NCBI GenBank assembly: GCA_951406725.2
Contig: OX597832.1
Location: 4,650,001 to 4,714,000, forward strand
Source: Octopus vulgaris
Taxonomy: Eukaryota
Direction: 5' to 3'
Length of the DNA: 64,000 bases
This document shows positions 1 to 13,319 of the stretch, in pieces. Position numbers and translations under genes: made by a program. Position 1 is the first letter of the stretch; each line of letters opens with the position of its first letter. The notes beneath the pieces were generated by a model. That model searched no databases, was not told where the DNA came from, and was given only the letters and a program-made list of their open reading frames with translations.

Positions 1-93
1 TACATATTCTCAGTGGGCTAATCACTAGTATTTCTGATAGAGAGTGCAAAGGGAGTATCTGCAATTCAGTGCAGAACAAATATTGATTTCAAC

Positions 94-304
94 TTTCAAA
101 TTCTGACACAAGGCCAGCAATTTCAGGGGTGTGGTAAGTTAATTACATCAACCCCAGTGCTCACCTGGTACTTATTTTATTGACTCCAAAAGGATGAAAG
201 GCAAAAGTCAACCCCAACAAGATTTGAACTCAGAACATACAGACAGACAAAATGTTACTAAGTATTTTGCCCGGTGTGCTAATGATTCTGCCAGCTCACC
301 ACTT
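94..304 (-). mobile_element. tRNA-derived SINE with Nin/Deu-like central domain (family B)
   Basis: Reverse complement has a tRNA-like head (gagctggcagaatc...gagttcaaat), the central gcctttcatcctttNNNgtcNataaaataagtaccag block and a gctggccttgtgNcaNaatttgaaa tail; repeated many times in the window. Confidence 0.8.
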
Positions 305-417
305 TCAGTGTGGAACAAATATTACAAAAGAGTGGAACATTATCAAACCACTTTTTTTATATTTCTTTTCAATGTTTACAAACTTTGTTAGTTTACGCCA
401 GCAAAATACACACACAT

Positions 418-755
418 GTCATCATCATCATCATCATCGTTTAAAGTCCGCTTTCCATGCTGGCATGGGTTGGACGATTTGACTGACGATTGGTGAACCA
501 GATGGCTGCACGAGAGTGTAGAGGGTGCTTTTACATGCCAGCAGCACGAGGGCCAGTTAGGCAGTACTGGCAACAGCCATGCTCAAATGGTGTTTTTTAC
601 ATGCCATCTGCACAGGAGCCAGTCCAGCAGTACTGGTAACAACCTCACTTGAATATTTTTTCATGTGCCAGTACAGTGACACTGGTAACAATCACATTTA
701 AATAGTGCTTTTTATGTGCCACCGGCACAGAAGCCAGTCAGCTGCTCTGGCAACA
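418..755 (-). mobile_element. 3' end of RTE-type retroelement or RTE-tailed SINE (family C) with internal tandem units
   Basis: (CAT)n tail plus tttaaNgtccgctttccatgctggcatgggttgg terminus shared with 1289, 4672, 18214 and 63757; repeated gtgctttttacNtgccacc...gccagt units. Confidence 0.75.
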
Positions 756-851
756 ATATACTTCTAATATAAGGATAAAATTTTATTAAAAAGTTTTATC
801 AGTGGCCAGCATATGAAAAAACCTTTTAAGGAGAGAATTATAAATATAATT

Positions 852-1275
852 GTAAATAAGGGCAAAAAAAAATTTTCTTTGTCAATTATGCTGAAAAATA
901 GATGCTAAATCGTCTAACCACATAAAATATTTTCACTTATATTATTATACCATGTGTCGAAATGAGGAAAGCAAGCTAACAAAAATTCATAAAAATATAG
1001 TTATCCCTGAATCGGTTCCAATTTCTGGATTAATACAAAAAGGATATTCCTTCATCAGTGAGGAACACAAAATGAAAATAAATGAAATACTTAGACATAC
1101 CCATGGAAAAGCAGATGCAAAGTCATGAATACAAAGTCATATATTTTTATGAATTTCTGTTTGCTTGCTTTCCTCATTTTGACACATAGTGTAAATATTT
1201 TATGTGGTTAGATGATTTAGTGTATATTTTCAGCATATTGACAAAGAAAAAATGTTCTTTTTGCCATTATTTATA
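852..1275. repeat. Long inverted repeat (arms about 852-999 and 1140-1275) with hammerhead-like spacer
   Basis: ttttctttgtcaattatgctgaaaaata...aaatgaggaaagcaagc...attcataaaaatata pairs with tatatttttatgaat...gcttgctttcctcattt...ttttcagcatattgacaaagaaaa. Confidence 0.85.
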
Positions 1276-1288
1276 AGTGTGTGTGTAC

Positions 1289-2370
1289 CATCATCATCAT
1301 CATTGTTTAACGCCTGTTTACCATGCTGGCATGGGTTGGATGGTTTGACTGAGGTCCGGAGAGCCAGCAGCTGCATCAGGCACCAATCTGATCTGGTAAT
1401 GTTTCTACAGCTGGATGCCCTTCCTAACACCAACCACTCCAAGAGTGTAGTGGGTGCTTTTTATGTGCCACCTGCACAGGAGCCAGTCAGGCAGGGCTGG
1501 CAACAATCATGATCGGTTGATGCTTTTTATGTGCCACCGGCAAGGGAGCCAGTCTGATGGACCTGGCATCAACCATGTTCGGTTGGTGCTTTTTACATGC
1601 CACCAGCACGGGAGCCAATCAGGCGGACCTGGCATCGACCACGTTTGGATGATGCTTTTTACATGCCATCAGCATGGGAGCCAGTCAGGGGCACCAGCCC
1701 CAGCTATAATTTTGGTTTTACTTGACTTAACAGGTCTTCTCAAGCATATCATATTGCCTGATGCATCAGGGGTATTCTTAACAGAGCCGGACATGTGGCT
1801 GTGATCTCACTTTACTTGCTGGGCCTTCTCAATCACAGCATATCTCCAAAGGTCTCAGTCTCCTGTCATTGCCTCTGTGAGGCCCAATATTTGAAGGTCA
1901 TACTTCACCACCTCATCCCATGTCTTCCTGGGTCTACCTCTTCCACAGGTTCTTTCTACAGTTAGGGAGTGGCACTTCCTCACACAGCTGTCTTCATTCA
2001 TATGTAACACATGGCCGTACCAGTGCAGTCACCTCTCTTGCACACCACATTTGATGCTTCTTATGCCCAACTTTTTTCTCAAGGTGCTTACACTCCATCA
2101 TGTATGCACACTGACATTACACATCCAGCGGATCACACTAGCTTAATTTCTTTCAAGCTTATGTATGTCCTCAGCATTCATGGCCCATGTTTCACTGCCA
2201 TGTAGCAGGGCAGTTTGCACACATGCATCATACAGTCTACCTGACACCCTGAGCGAGAAGCCCTTAGTTGCCAGCAGTTTGACAGGGGCTGGTAAGCCAG
2301 AGAACTGTGCCAAAGCCCACTGTTTTGGCATGATTTTTATGGCCAGATGTCATTCCTAACACCAACAACT
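1289..2370 (-). mobile_element. 5'-truncated RTE-clade LINE (RT C-terminal region, 3' UTR, (ATG)n tail)
   Basis: Minus-strand translation GFSLRVSGRLYDACVQTALLHGSETW and WYGHVLHMNEDSCVRKC...GRGRPRKTWDEVV are typical RTE C-terminal motifs; internal stops present. Confidence 0.85.
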
Positions 2371-2449
2371 TTGTCTTTTTAAGAATCTTTCATACGATTT
2401 CAAAATACAAAATATGGGTGAAGGGTAAGATGGATGTACACTGTGAGCT

Positions 2450-2590
2450 TCTGCAGTTTTCATCTACCATATTTGATTCCCCATGTATTGGTCAACTCCA
2501 GGCTACAGTAGAGACACTTGTCCAAGTTATCACATACTGGGATTGAACCTGGAAACCACATGGTTATCAAATCTTAACTTCTTGACCAGA
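2450..2590 (-). mobile_element. SINE family A fragment (head and core)
   Basis: agacacttgtccaag...gggattgaacctggaaaccacatggtt matches the reverse of the head at 51966. Confidence 0.6.
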
Positions 2591-4671
2591 ACACTGTACG
2601 TATTCAACTTTAAAAGCTAGCAAATCTTCCTTGAGATGGTTTATTTTATGCAATAAAAATTGATAGAAAGGAAATTCAATTTGCCATCAAGAGAACAAGG
2701 TAAATTAAAACTGAATATGAATAACAATGAAACTGAATAATATGAAGATGAATATCATTGTCTTAAAGAATCTTTCAAGAGATTTCAATATACAAAATAC
2801 AATGAAAATCTAGAACCTTTTAAAGCACATTAATATTTATGCTACTTGCCTGTTGGTTCTATTCAATCAATATTTGACAACATGTAGAATACAATTATGG
2901 TCCAGTTTTGGAATGCAACCTGATATTTTATGGTTCAGATAATAACTTATTATATGAAAGATGTGTGTGTGTATGTATGTGTGTGTGTGTGTGTATAATC
3001 ATAACAAATTGAACGGAAGTTGGGTGTTTTTATAGTGGTGCATTACCTTTATAAACAGAACAACTAGATTATACCTTAAATGATTTCATATAAACAAAAT
3101 ATCTTTGATTTAATTTTAATTAAATAGCCTAATGTTTTAATGATTAAAAAAAATTAAATTAAAACTATCAGAGGGTGTTTTTATCACCAAAATAATATTT
3201 GAATATCGATTATTCTTTTGCTTAAAATTCTTTGTTGTTTACACTATCATAATGTCATTTATTTAAAAATTTCAAATCATTATAAAGAAGTCTGTCTCCA
3301 CATATATAATATTTATATATAATACAATTCATCTTGATTTTTATTATATTCCTGATGAAAACTGATTATAAATTCAATGGAATGTTAAATTGCAGGCTGC
3401 TAGAATATGGTAAGATGACAATCACATGATTGGCTATATTAATAATTAAACAACAGAAGAGTAGAATGATCAGCTCTTAATATTTCTACTGGGCGATTAA
3501 CTTCATAGAGAATGAAACTAGAAAGAAAATATTTCATAGATTTTGTCCATACATACGTGCACACACAAACACACACAACTATTTATAACCAGGAATTTTA
3601 TGTTAATAATTCTAATTACTTCTTGGTCTATTTTCTTTAGGTAGTATACCTCTTATACACCTATTTCCCTAACTTATATAAGGATTTATGTAGAAGCAGC
3701 TGAATCATTTAATTTTAAGCCATTATTTGTTTACTCTCTACACTTGACTTACAATACCATTTATCTATGCATGATGATCTATTTCTGTCTGAACTAACTT
3801 GAGATAAATTCTTATCTCATAGACAGATAATTCTTCATAATAATAGTGTAGAATATCCTTTTATCATTATAACCAGAATTGATGCATGATTCCATTTACT
3901 CCTTTCTTCCACATTGAAGAGATTACTATCAGGTTGTAATTCAGAACTAGAATTCCTGTCTAATTAAAGCTTCTACATAATTATTTGAACTGCTCATTAC
4001 AACAGCTAAATATTTCTAAAACAGATCACTTTATTATGTTAAAAATCTTAAGGCATGCCCAGCCATAAAGTCATGATAGCCATCATTAAAACTGCTGTTG
4101 CTGACTAAATACTTTTTCTAATCATCTACCTTTGTGCCTAGATCTGCTCAAACAACAAACATCATATCTTTGACCATCAGAATAGCATGTAATCTATATT
4201 AAAGAAATTATTAAATGGTAACAAAATCACAAACATTATTATACATGCTGAGAATAATTCCTTTTTATGATGACTGATAGAAACTCAACATCTTCAAAGT
4301 TTACAGGATAAAATAATATCTCAGTTGGATAGCCTTTGGCTACACAGCAGAGCTGTTATTTTATATTCTTCAGCATTGATCAGGTGTTTCATTAACAGAG
4401 TACAAGCTGTTCCTTAAAATAATTTTATCTTGTGTAAACAGTCATTTTTGTTCAGAAAAATTAATTCCCACTTGCCACACATTTCCAGCTTTAATCTGGT
4501 TACAATTCTTATATTATTACAAAACCTTCTTAACAGGAATTAAAGATTACACTGAAAATAACTATAATATATTCCACAAATTCAATATCTAAAGTTTATA
4601 TGCTCATATTTTTAACTTTGTTTTGAAAAATAGCCATTTATCTATCTGATTAATAGTAAAGTGGAAATTAA

Positions 4672-4905
4672 TCATCATCATCCCAATCATCATTTAACAT
4701 CTGTTTTCCATGCTGGCATGGGTTGGATGGTTTGACAGGAGTCGGTCAGACTTCAATTGTTTGTTGTGGCATGGCTTTTATAGCTGGATACCCTTCTTAA
4801 AGTCAACCACTTTAAAGAATGTGCTGGATGCTTTTTACATGCCACCAGTCTGGGTGCATTTATGCAACACCAGCACAAGCGCATTTCATGTGGTACTGGC
4901 ACCAG
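4672..4905 (-). mobile_element. RTE-tailed retroelement 3' fragment (family C)
   Basis: catcatttaacatctgttttccatgctggcatgggttgg and agctggatacccttc motifs. Confidence 0.7.
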
Positions 4906-5177
4906 TGTGTGTGTGTGTGCGCATATATATATATATATATATGCATTCTAGGTTCAGTAAGAAGTTTGGGAAGCAAGTATTTTACCACAAAGGTATGCGT
5001 GTGTGTATGTGTGTGTAAACAAAGAAATTTTAATTAATAGTACATCATTAGTAATAAGAAAAACAGTAAACAATGAATTCTTGTCAATAAAAGCAAGGGA
5101 AACTGGAATTTAAATTAATTACAACTAATTAAATACAGAATGCAGTGTAAAGTGAAACTGATCTTTTGCAGTAGTGA

Positions 5178-5226
5178 CTATTCTGGATATGTTTCAGTTT
5201 TATTAAATCTCATCAGTAAAGCATAG
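5178..5226 (-). ncRNA. Decayed minimal type I hammerhead ribozyme-like motif
   Basis: Minus strand ctatgcttta-CTGATGA-gatttaataaaact-GAAA-cata-TC-cagaatag; both core boxes intact, stems weak. Confidence 0.45.
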
Positions 5227-5763
5227 TGTATTTAATTAACATAACTTTTGGGACCATCTACTCTGCACTTCTGAATTAGAATTAATGAGGATTTTTTTTT
5301 CTGACCACCCATTAGTTTCATTTTATTTAATAAAACTTCTTGTCTCATTACATCAAGTATGTGTATGTTAGTGCCCACTTTACAATAAATATTTCAAGCA
5401 TCAGGTGTCCCTGGGTGTTTTGTTCTCAAGTTATTCATTTATCTGATCGATAAATCTTCTCTGATGCTTTGCTTCTCTACTCGAAATCCTTTTGTTTTAT
5501 TAATTACTTTACATCTCAGCAAAGACAACACCTTGAATACTCTGTACTAAACAATATACAAACCTTTTACACTATAACAACATCTCTTTGAAATATTGTC
5601 CCTACTCATATATTTCCACATCTTACTAATCTACAGTTATTCAAAATCAAAGTAAAAAATTAAAAACAAACAACCACATCCTAATGTAGAAGCATTTGTT
5701 TTGTTACAAACCTGTTCTTATGTCAGCTTATTGTAGCTATGACAAGGTTGTATCTATGTATTG

Positions 5764-5766
<3 letters not shown>

Positions 5767-5830
<64 letters not shown>
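5767..5830. repeat. (TA)n microsatellite
   Basis: About 32 uninterrupted TA units. Confidence 0.97.
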
Positions 5831-5832
<2 letters not shown>

Positions 5833-6964
5833 GCTCAAAATATAAAATCAAAATTAAATACACAAAATTATTTTAAATTGATTCAGTTTAATGTTTAGGT
5901 GAGGAATACATCATGTATAACAACAATACTAAACCTTTAATAAATTATATCATCTGCTTCAAAAAGCCTCCAGAATTAGATTTCTCAACTCAATACGGAT
6001 TTTTTCTTTCTTTATTTTTTATCATGATTATCAGTTAGATTTTTTTTTTATATGTATACTACATTTAGTGCTAAATTTTCAACTCTGTAAAGATTAGTTA
6101 TTAAAGTATATTACCTTTAACACACCTTAAAGGAGATACCTTTTTCATTTCCTGCTGAAGTATAACTGTAAATGTATTTAACAATTCTCATTATAGATTT
6201 TTACTCTCATGAAATGAAGCTTTACATTTTCTAAGTTTTGCAGTTACAAAACAAACGATCATTCAACAAATGAATCCTTATTATACACAAAGTATCAAGT
6301 GTAAAATATGTCTTCTCTGCTATGTAGATAAGTCTTAATTGTAATTTTGATGGAACACTATAGACTTAAGATATTTCTCCAATTTCAAAATCTAAAAGAA
6401 TTTGTTTTCAGGTAATATATTCATCAGAAACAAGAAAAAATGTTAATCTAAATTACTATGTTAATTTAAACATTAGTTGCAAAACAAATACAAAAAAACA
6501 AACAGTTTTAACAAACATTAGCCATGTCCAGATATGAGGTATCTTATTTTAAGTTAAAACAATTGAATTCATGTGAAATTCAAAACTTCAATTTGTTTAA
6601 TTATCGGTCAATTATGCAATGCATCATTCAAAGAGAGCTAATTGGGAAGATTTACTATTTCAATGACTGTTTTGACTACATTAGCTTATATTCTTCAAAC
6701 TAATCAAGCAACAAAATTGGTCATAATTAAAAAAAGCACTTCATAATCTCATTAGCAGAGAGTCATTCATTAATCACCTTTATATTTACAAGATATCACA
6801 GCTATCATAAATAAGGTCAGACAAAGATCATTGCCAAGAGCATGTCATGTACCCACAAATTTTAATCTTGTAACCAGCTTTTATCTCCCAAAAGAAACCT
6901 CAGGAATAAAACTGAATACAAATGTTATATCTGTTGCATATCTTAGGTAATATTATCCATAGCA

Positions 6965-7178
6965 AAGGCAGTAAGCTGGCCGAGTTGTTAGCACACCAGG
7001 CAAAATGTTTAGTGGTATTTCATCCATCTTCGCATTCCATGTTCAAATTCCACTGAGGATCTACTTTGCTTTTCATCCTTTCAGAGTCAACAAAATAAGT
7101 ACCAGTTGAACAATGGTGTTGATGTAATCGACTTATCTCCTCCTCCAAAATCGCTGGCCTTGTGCCAATATTTGAAAT
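6965..7178 (+). mobile_element. SINE family B (Nin/Deu-like)
   Basis: aaggcagtaagctggccgag head; ttttcatcctttcagagtcaacaaaataagtaccag core; gctggccttgtgccaatatttgaaa tail. Confidence 0.8.
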
Positions 7179-9524
7179 CAATATTATCCATAACAAATAA
7201 TAAAGTAATTCGCACTGGTTTCACAAAACATTGTATATAAATACAATATTTAATATTATATAATAATAACAATAAAATATTTAGTAATATTTCTAACAAT
7301 ATGTTATTGGATTCTTTAAAGTTATTTATAAAATTTGAATACTTAAGCAGTTATATTAAATGAGAGAAGACCAGAAATATTCTCAATCATAGATGGTGTA
7401 GTCAAGTGATCAACTGTGAAACCAACATAGTTTATATTTTAACTTGAAATGATATTTCAAAAGGATTAATTTCTACACAAATTTCAGTGATGTATAGTGA
7501 AGAATGACAGACAATCCACTGAACAGCCACAAAATCTAAAGGAAAGTAATATACGCAACCTGAATGTATAATAGACAATTCCTCCTGGTTCTCTCACTTC
7601 AATCAAAGCTGAAACATTTGCCATCTTGAACTGTTTACACTAGAAGTCATATCACATATTCTTATACTTGAAAAACACCTCAACCATGGAAATACCTTTC
7701 AAACTCAACCTTTGCTCTCACATTGAAGTATTTGCTTAATGTGATTATCTGATTACTTTCTCATCATTGCAACTCAATCCACATCAGTATCACTGCAATG
7801 AGTTCTTTGATATTTCATTGGTTAGTTAACTAGAACTCAACCAATTCAATGCTGACAACCTTTAGCAGAAAATGTGCCTCACTTTCAATCCATCTGAAGC
7901 TGTTATGTGGTGGCTTAAAAACTATTCTTCATCATGTATCAATCATAAAAGCCTGTTCCAGATGACTTTGTAAGTGGTACCTCTACATATAAAGGAACCC
8001 GTTTTGCTCTTAACTTTGCATATATGTGCACACACACACACACATACATACATACATACATACACACACACACATACACTCTCTCTCTCTTTCTTTCTCT
8101 CTTCAACTGATTTATTTAGCACATTTGCCACATCATAATGTGCATATAGCTGCTAAGTGTACAGACTTCTTGGAAAATTTAAGCTCAATGAAGCAATCAG
8201 CCTTGGAAGAGTTACTGGTATCCTCTTAAAACAAGAAGCTAATGAGCAAACACACATCTTTACAATGTTTATATTTCTATGGAAACCTTTCTCAAGTTAT
8301 AGATACACATGACAGTGTGTATTATCTTCAGTATAAATAATATCTAAGACACTGTCAACTACAGCATCACTCTAAATACCGCAAAGATAATAGAGAAAGT
8401 TATAAATAATCAACTCTTTTCATTTCCATATAGACAGAAGCAACAGAGTATTTCTTTCTTATGTTACACAGCAAGAGTCTCTGTCTTTGATAACTTTGAC
8501 AAAAATGAAATTGTTGCTTTTGTCATCAGCAAAGCATTCTTCTTCATCTACCATGAAAAATCATTTTTCAAATATCTTCTGAATAGGAAATATCTGACAG
8601 ATATCTTAATCACAATGTGGATGAATGAGGTTCTCTTCAGCATTCATTCTATCAACAAAGTTACCGGTTATATCTTTCAAACATTAATTAACTACTTTCT
8701 GATATTTCTATCCACAAATGTTCCTATGCAGATTATACTATCTTCCAGTCTTTATGGGTCATGTCCATGCAACTCAGATGCCTTTTAGTGGGAATATATA
8801 TGCTTATGAACAGACCCTTAAAAATATCCTCCAATAACTGCATAACAGGCTCACTATACAATCACTCTCATAAGAAAGGAAACTCTATGTAGTCACTTGA
8901 TCTGCTAGAATAAGCAGCCAAATCTGCCAAACTGTTCCCTACCTACATCTTAAGAGAAAGACACACTAATATATTCAATTTTGTATGTGTGTGTGTGTAT
9001 GTGTGTGTGTATGTGTGTGTGTATATATATATATATGTATGTATGTATTTATGTATACATACATACATACAATTCTGTGTGTGTGTGTGTGCACGTGCAC
9101 GTGTGTGTTTGCATTACATCTAAAAAGATGGAATGGTCATACTTCGAGCACTCTTCAGATGATACAAAGCTGAAAGATGAAAATACTAAACCTAAACAAA
9201 TAGAAAAGCAGCTGTTCTGCATAAAAGAGATACTAAGTATGTAAGAAAGTTATAACTCAGATCATACTCACACACAAACATACGACACAAAGCAACAAGA
9301 TCTCACTCACCCAAATATATCTTGAATCATGAGATACAATGACAATGAAAAAAAAAAGTACTGCCATTATTTCCTTCTTAAAGTCACCATATCCAACAGT
9401 GATTCTATTGCACATAGTACAACAAAAACAACTAACATACCAAAGTCCATGTTAATTACACATAGCAACAACCGAAGTATCTAGGGTACAACACACAGCC
9501 ATTATATAAAAAAAAGTTGAACAT

Positions 9525-9920
9525 AGGCACAGATATGGCTGTGTGGTAAGAAGCTTCCTTCCTAACCACATAGTTCCAAGTTCAGTCCCACTGCATGGCA
9601 CCTTGAGCAAGTGTCTTCTACTATAGCTTCAGGGCAAACAAAAGTCTTGAGTGGATTTGGTAGAAAGAAACTGAAAGTAGCCTATTGTGTGTGATATTTA
9701 TGTGTGTGTGTCTTTGTGCCTATGTGGGTCCCCAACCACTGCTTGACAACTAGTGTTGGTTTGTTTACACCCCCGTAACTTATCAATTCAGTAAAAAGAA
9801 ACCCATAGAATAAGAAACAGGCTTAAAAAAAAAAGTACTGGGGTCAAATCATTCAACTAAAAGTTCTCCAAGGTGGTGCTCCAGCATGGCTGCAGTCTAA
9901 TGACTGAAACATAAAAGATA
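9525..9920 (+). mobile_element. tRNA-derived CORE-like SINE (family A), full length
   Basis: tggctgtgtggtaag A-box, gttcagtccc B-box, gagcaagtgtcttctactatagc core, internal (TG)n, gtgctccagcatggc...atgactgaaac tail. Confidence 0.85.
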
Positions 9921-10088
9921 CTACAACACAACAGTACCATCATGTTGAACATTTACATTGTGGCAATGCAAGGAATTAAGCTACTGTAACAGAAAACTGG
10001 CCAAGTTTCAAACCCTGAATGTATGGTCCATTTACAGCTAATCTTGGCATTTTCTCCAATTTGTGTTTGTAATATTTATGTATACTTT

Positions 10089-10548
10089 AAGGCAGTGAGC
10101 TGGCAGAATCACTAGCATGCCAGGTTAAATGCTTTTGGCATTTTGTTTGTCTTTATGTTCTGAGTTCAAATTCTATGGAGGTTGACTTTGCCTTTCATCC
10201 TTTTGTCGTCAATAAAATAAGTACCAGTTAGTCACTGAGGTTGATGTAATTGACACCCCACATCCCAAATTTGCTGGCCTTGTGCAAATATTTATGTATA
10301 ATTTAAGGCAGCCAAAATTTGTGCCAATATTTATGTATAATTTAAGGCAGCCTGCTGGCAGAATTATTAGCACAGCAGACAAAATGTTTAGCAGCATTTT
10401 GTCTGTCTTTATGCTCTGAGTTCAAATTCTGCTGAGATCCAGTTTGCCTTTCATCCTGTCAGAGCCAGTAAAATAAGTACCAGTTGAACACTGGGGTCAA
10501 TTTAATCAACTTATCCTCTTTCCTGCAATTGCTGGCCTTGTGCCAAAA
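10089..10548 (+). mobile_element. Two head-to-tail family B SINEs (about 10089-10290 and 10345-10548)
   Basis: Two complete head-core-tail sets separated by repeated aatatttatgtataatttaaggcag. Confidence 0.8.
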
Positions 10549-11694
10549 TGTATACTTTACTTCAGAAACATGTAAGTTATTTTATTTTTTGTATCTTCTG
10601 ACCTCTTTTAACCAACCAGAAATGTCAGTTTAACACTTCTTGACCTTACACTGATAACTCGTTCAGTTAGTTTCAAATATATAAACAGATAACAAGAAGT
10701 CATACACAACCAGCCAGAGCCAAGTGTTTGAAAGAGAAATGCATCAACAGACAAGAGTACATTTTAGCCCTTGGCTATTGGCTTCTAACCAATAGCAGAA
10801 AGTACCAATATCACCAGTACAATAAATGAGTCTATTGACAGACAATGAAAACAAAAAAAACAAAACTGTTATGACCAGCCAGGCTATCTGACACACAAAC
10901 ATACCGTAAACTTTTTGCAAATGCTATCCAGTGAAAACCTACTACTGCCACATGTACATACATATACCATTCACAATACAATCAAGCATTTTAGTGAGCA
11001 CGCACACACACACATTGCAAGCTGAATTTTTGTTTATCAAAATATTTCTTGAATGGCCCATCAGAGATTCAGAAAAAATTAACATGTAGCATTCAAAAAT
11101 AGACATTTTTATAAATTGTTTTAACAGTGGAACTCAAAGTATATAAAGCTATGCATTTTAATATAGTAAAGAGTTGTCAATGATTCTTTCAAATTGGGCT
11201 TCATTTCTATCACTTCTCATAACAGCTGGTGACCAGAGCCAAAAATCAATAAAACCCTTTTACCTTACAAGAGAACAACAACAATACAAGCACAAACATA
11301 TTTGTAAGCCAAAACATTTACATTTGGTTGCACTACAGTCCCTCTTCAAGCTCCCTCAATTCCTAATTTCATCCCAGTAAGCTAACTCAGTGTAGCAGCC
11401 TTATGATAAGCACATAATTATGCATCACAAAATGTAGATACCACAAATGACAATATTAATAAGGCATAAAAACACAAGTATCCATGACAAAATTCAGCAG
11501 AATGAAGCATTAATGTAATACTTGTGTATATTAGCACCGACCTCACTAACCCACCAAACTACATACCACAGTTATAACATCTTAATCACCTTAACACACC
11601 CGTAAAACTGTAAGTGATGGGAAATGTCACCACATACAGCACATCCTGGTTCATAAATAATGTAAACTACAAGAGAGACAGATTAGTATCATAA

Positions 11695-11926
11695 TTAACC
11701 TTTTATTATTCAAACCAGCCATATCCAGCCCACATATTCTACCTGTTTTATGTTCAAACCATCCCAGACTAGCTTCTCACACCTTCCTATAATGTTATTC
11801 TAAAAATAAACAATCACATCATTGAAATCTCAAAGTTATGAGATAATGCATGATTAAATTTTCTTTTAAATGTGAATAAATAAACATAACATTCAACAGA
11901 ATAATTCAATAATTTGAAAGAGTTAA
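11695..11926. mobile_element. TTAA-flanked piggyBac-type MITE
   Basis: TTAAcc...agagTTAA ends; interior is the reverse complement of the copies at 14441 and 25758. Confidence 0.65.
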
Positions 11927-13319
11927 ACTCTTTTCACATCTTTTCCCAACATCTCATGAACACAAAGACTAACTACAGTGACTTCTCTTCAGATATCTCT
12001 TTCTGCTCCACATACTTAAGCCATCACATTTACAAACTAAACAACCCTCCAACACTTCTACGACCACCATACTTACCTAAACATTGTGAACCAAATAAAA
12101 ACACTTTTATAAAGAATTTTATAGAATACTTTATAGAGTGCAAAAAAGCCTAGAGGAATCACTTGCAACCAAGAGACAGAATTACAATTTGTAAAACTTA
12201 GCAACAATAGAGTCACCAACAAAGCTGCTATATTACGTATATTGAAGAAAATAATTATAGAAGTTACCAAAAGATGTTTACAAAGTAACATAAAAAGTAG
12301 AAGCCTAATTACATAACTGAAATAACCAAACTCAAATACATCAATGCCTCAGAGAACAGAAATAAAACTCAACAGCAAGCAATTAAACACGGAAATAACA
12401 TAGAGAATATACCAAAGAGAAGCAGAAAACTGGCAAACATTTGTATCAGACATAATTGACAAATCTAGAAGTAAGGAAAAGAAAAAAATACACAAAATAA
12501 TTCATCAGAATAACAAAGGGCATGCCACATTTCATGTCTCAATAATAACTTTAAGTAAAATAGCAGCACTGCAACAGTAAGCAAACTCACTGATCACAGG
12601 CTTTTGTAAAATCAGTCACCAATATTACACTACAATAGAAATATAAAATGCAAGATACACAAGTTCCACCTACACTGACCCAAACCTCTTTATGGTCACT
12701 CACCCTTCGAAATGTTTATGTCATTGAGTTTATATATTTGCAATAATATATTTTGGTAGTATTAAAGGTACCCTTGTTACTCATTTTAAATATTTCTTCT
12801 AAATTGTTATAGTTATAATTATATTTTACTTACCATTAGGTAGGCTACACAGTCCAATAATGCTCCAATACTAAGATAAAGTATAAGTCTCTGAAACGAT
12901 AGAAATTAAAATACACATATACATATATTTATATATACTTATATATATACATATATATATAACAATGCTTAAAACTATGTGTGTGAAAGTGTACAGAACT
13001 ATTCACACAGAATATCCTGGAAAGTAAAATATCAATTATTGTTTACAGATAGGAATATCTTTACTTTCCAAAGTACTAAAGTGGTAATGATTTATAACCA
13101 AGTGAGAGCAGATATAAAGACAATTATTAATGGTGTCTGGTTTTTGACAGACAAAGGTTTTTTTCAAAGGTAAACAGAAAAGTAAAGAAAGAAATTTCAT
13201 CAAGCTGCAAAAACTAAGTTGTCTGAGATGTTAACTCATAATCTGAATTGAAGTGTAACTCAATGCTCTGTTTAAAAAAAAATTAATTGAAAATTTATTT
13301 CTCAAGGAAAAAAAATTCA

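Noticed and set aside
9125-9165. CTGAAGA-gtgctc-GAAG on the minus strand as a hammerhead (similar partial hits near 3351, 6421, 8325, 26208, 51140)
   Set aside because: Core incomplete and stems I/III not convincingly formed
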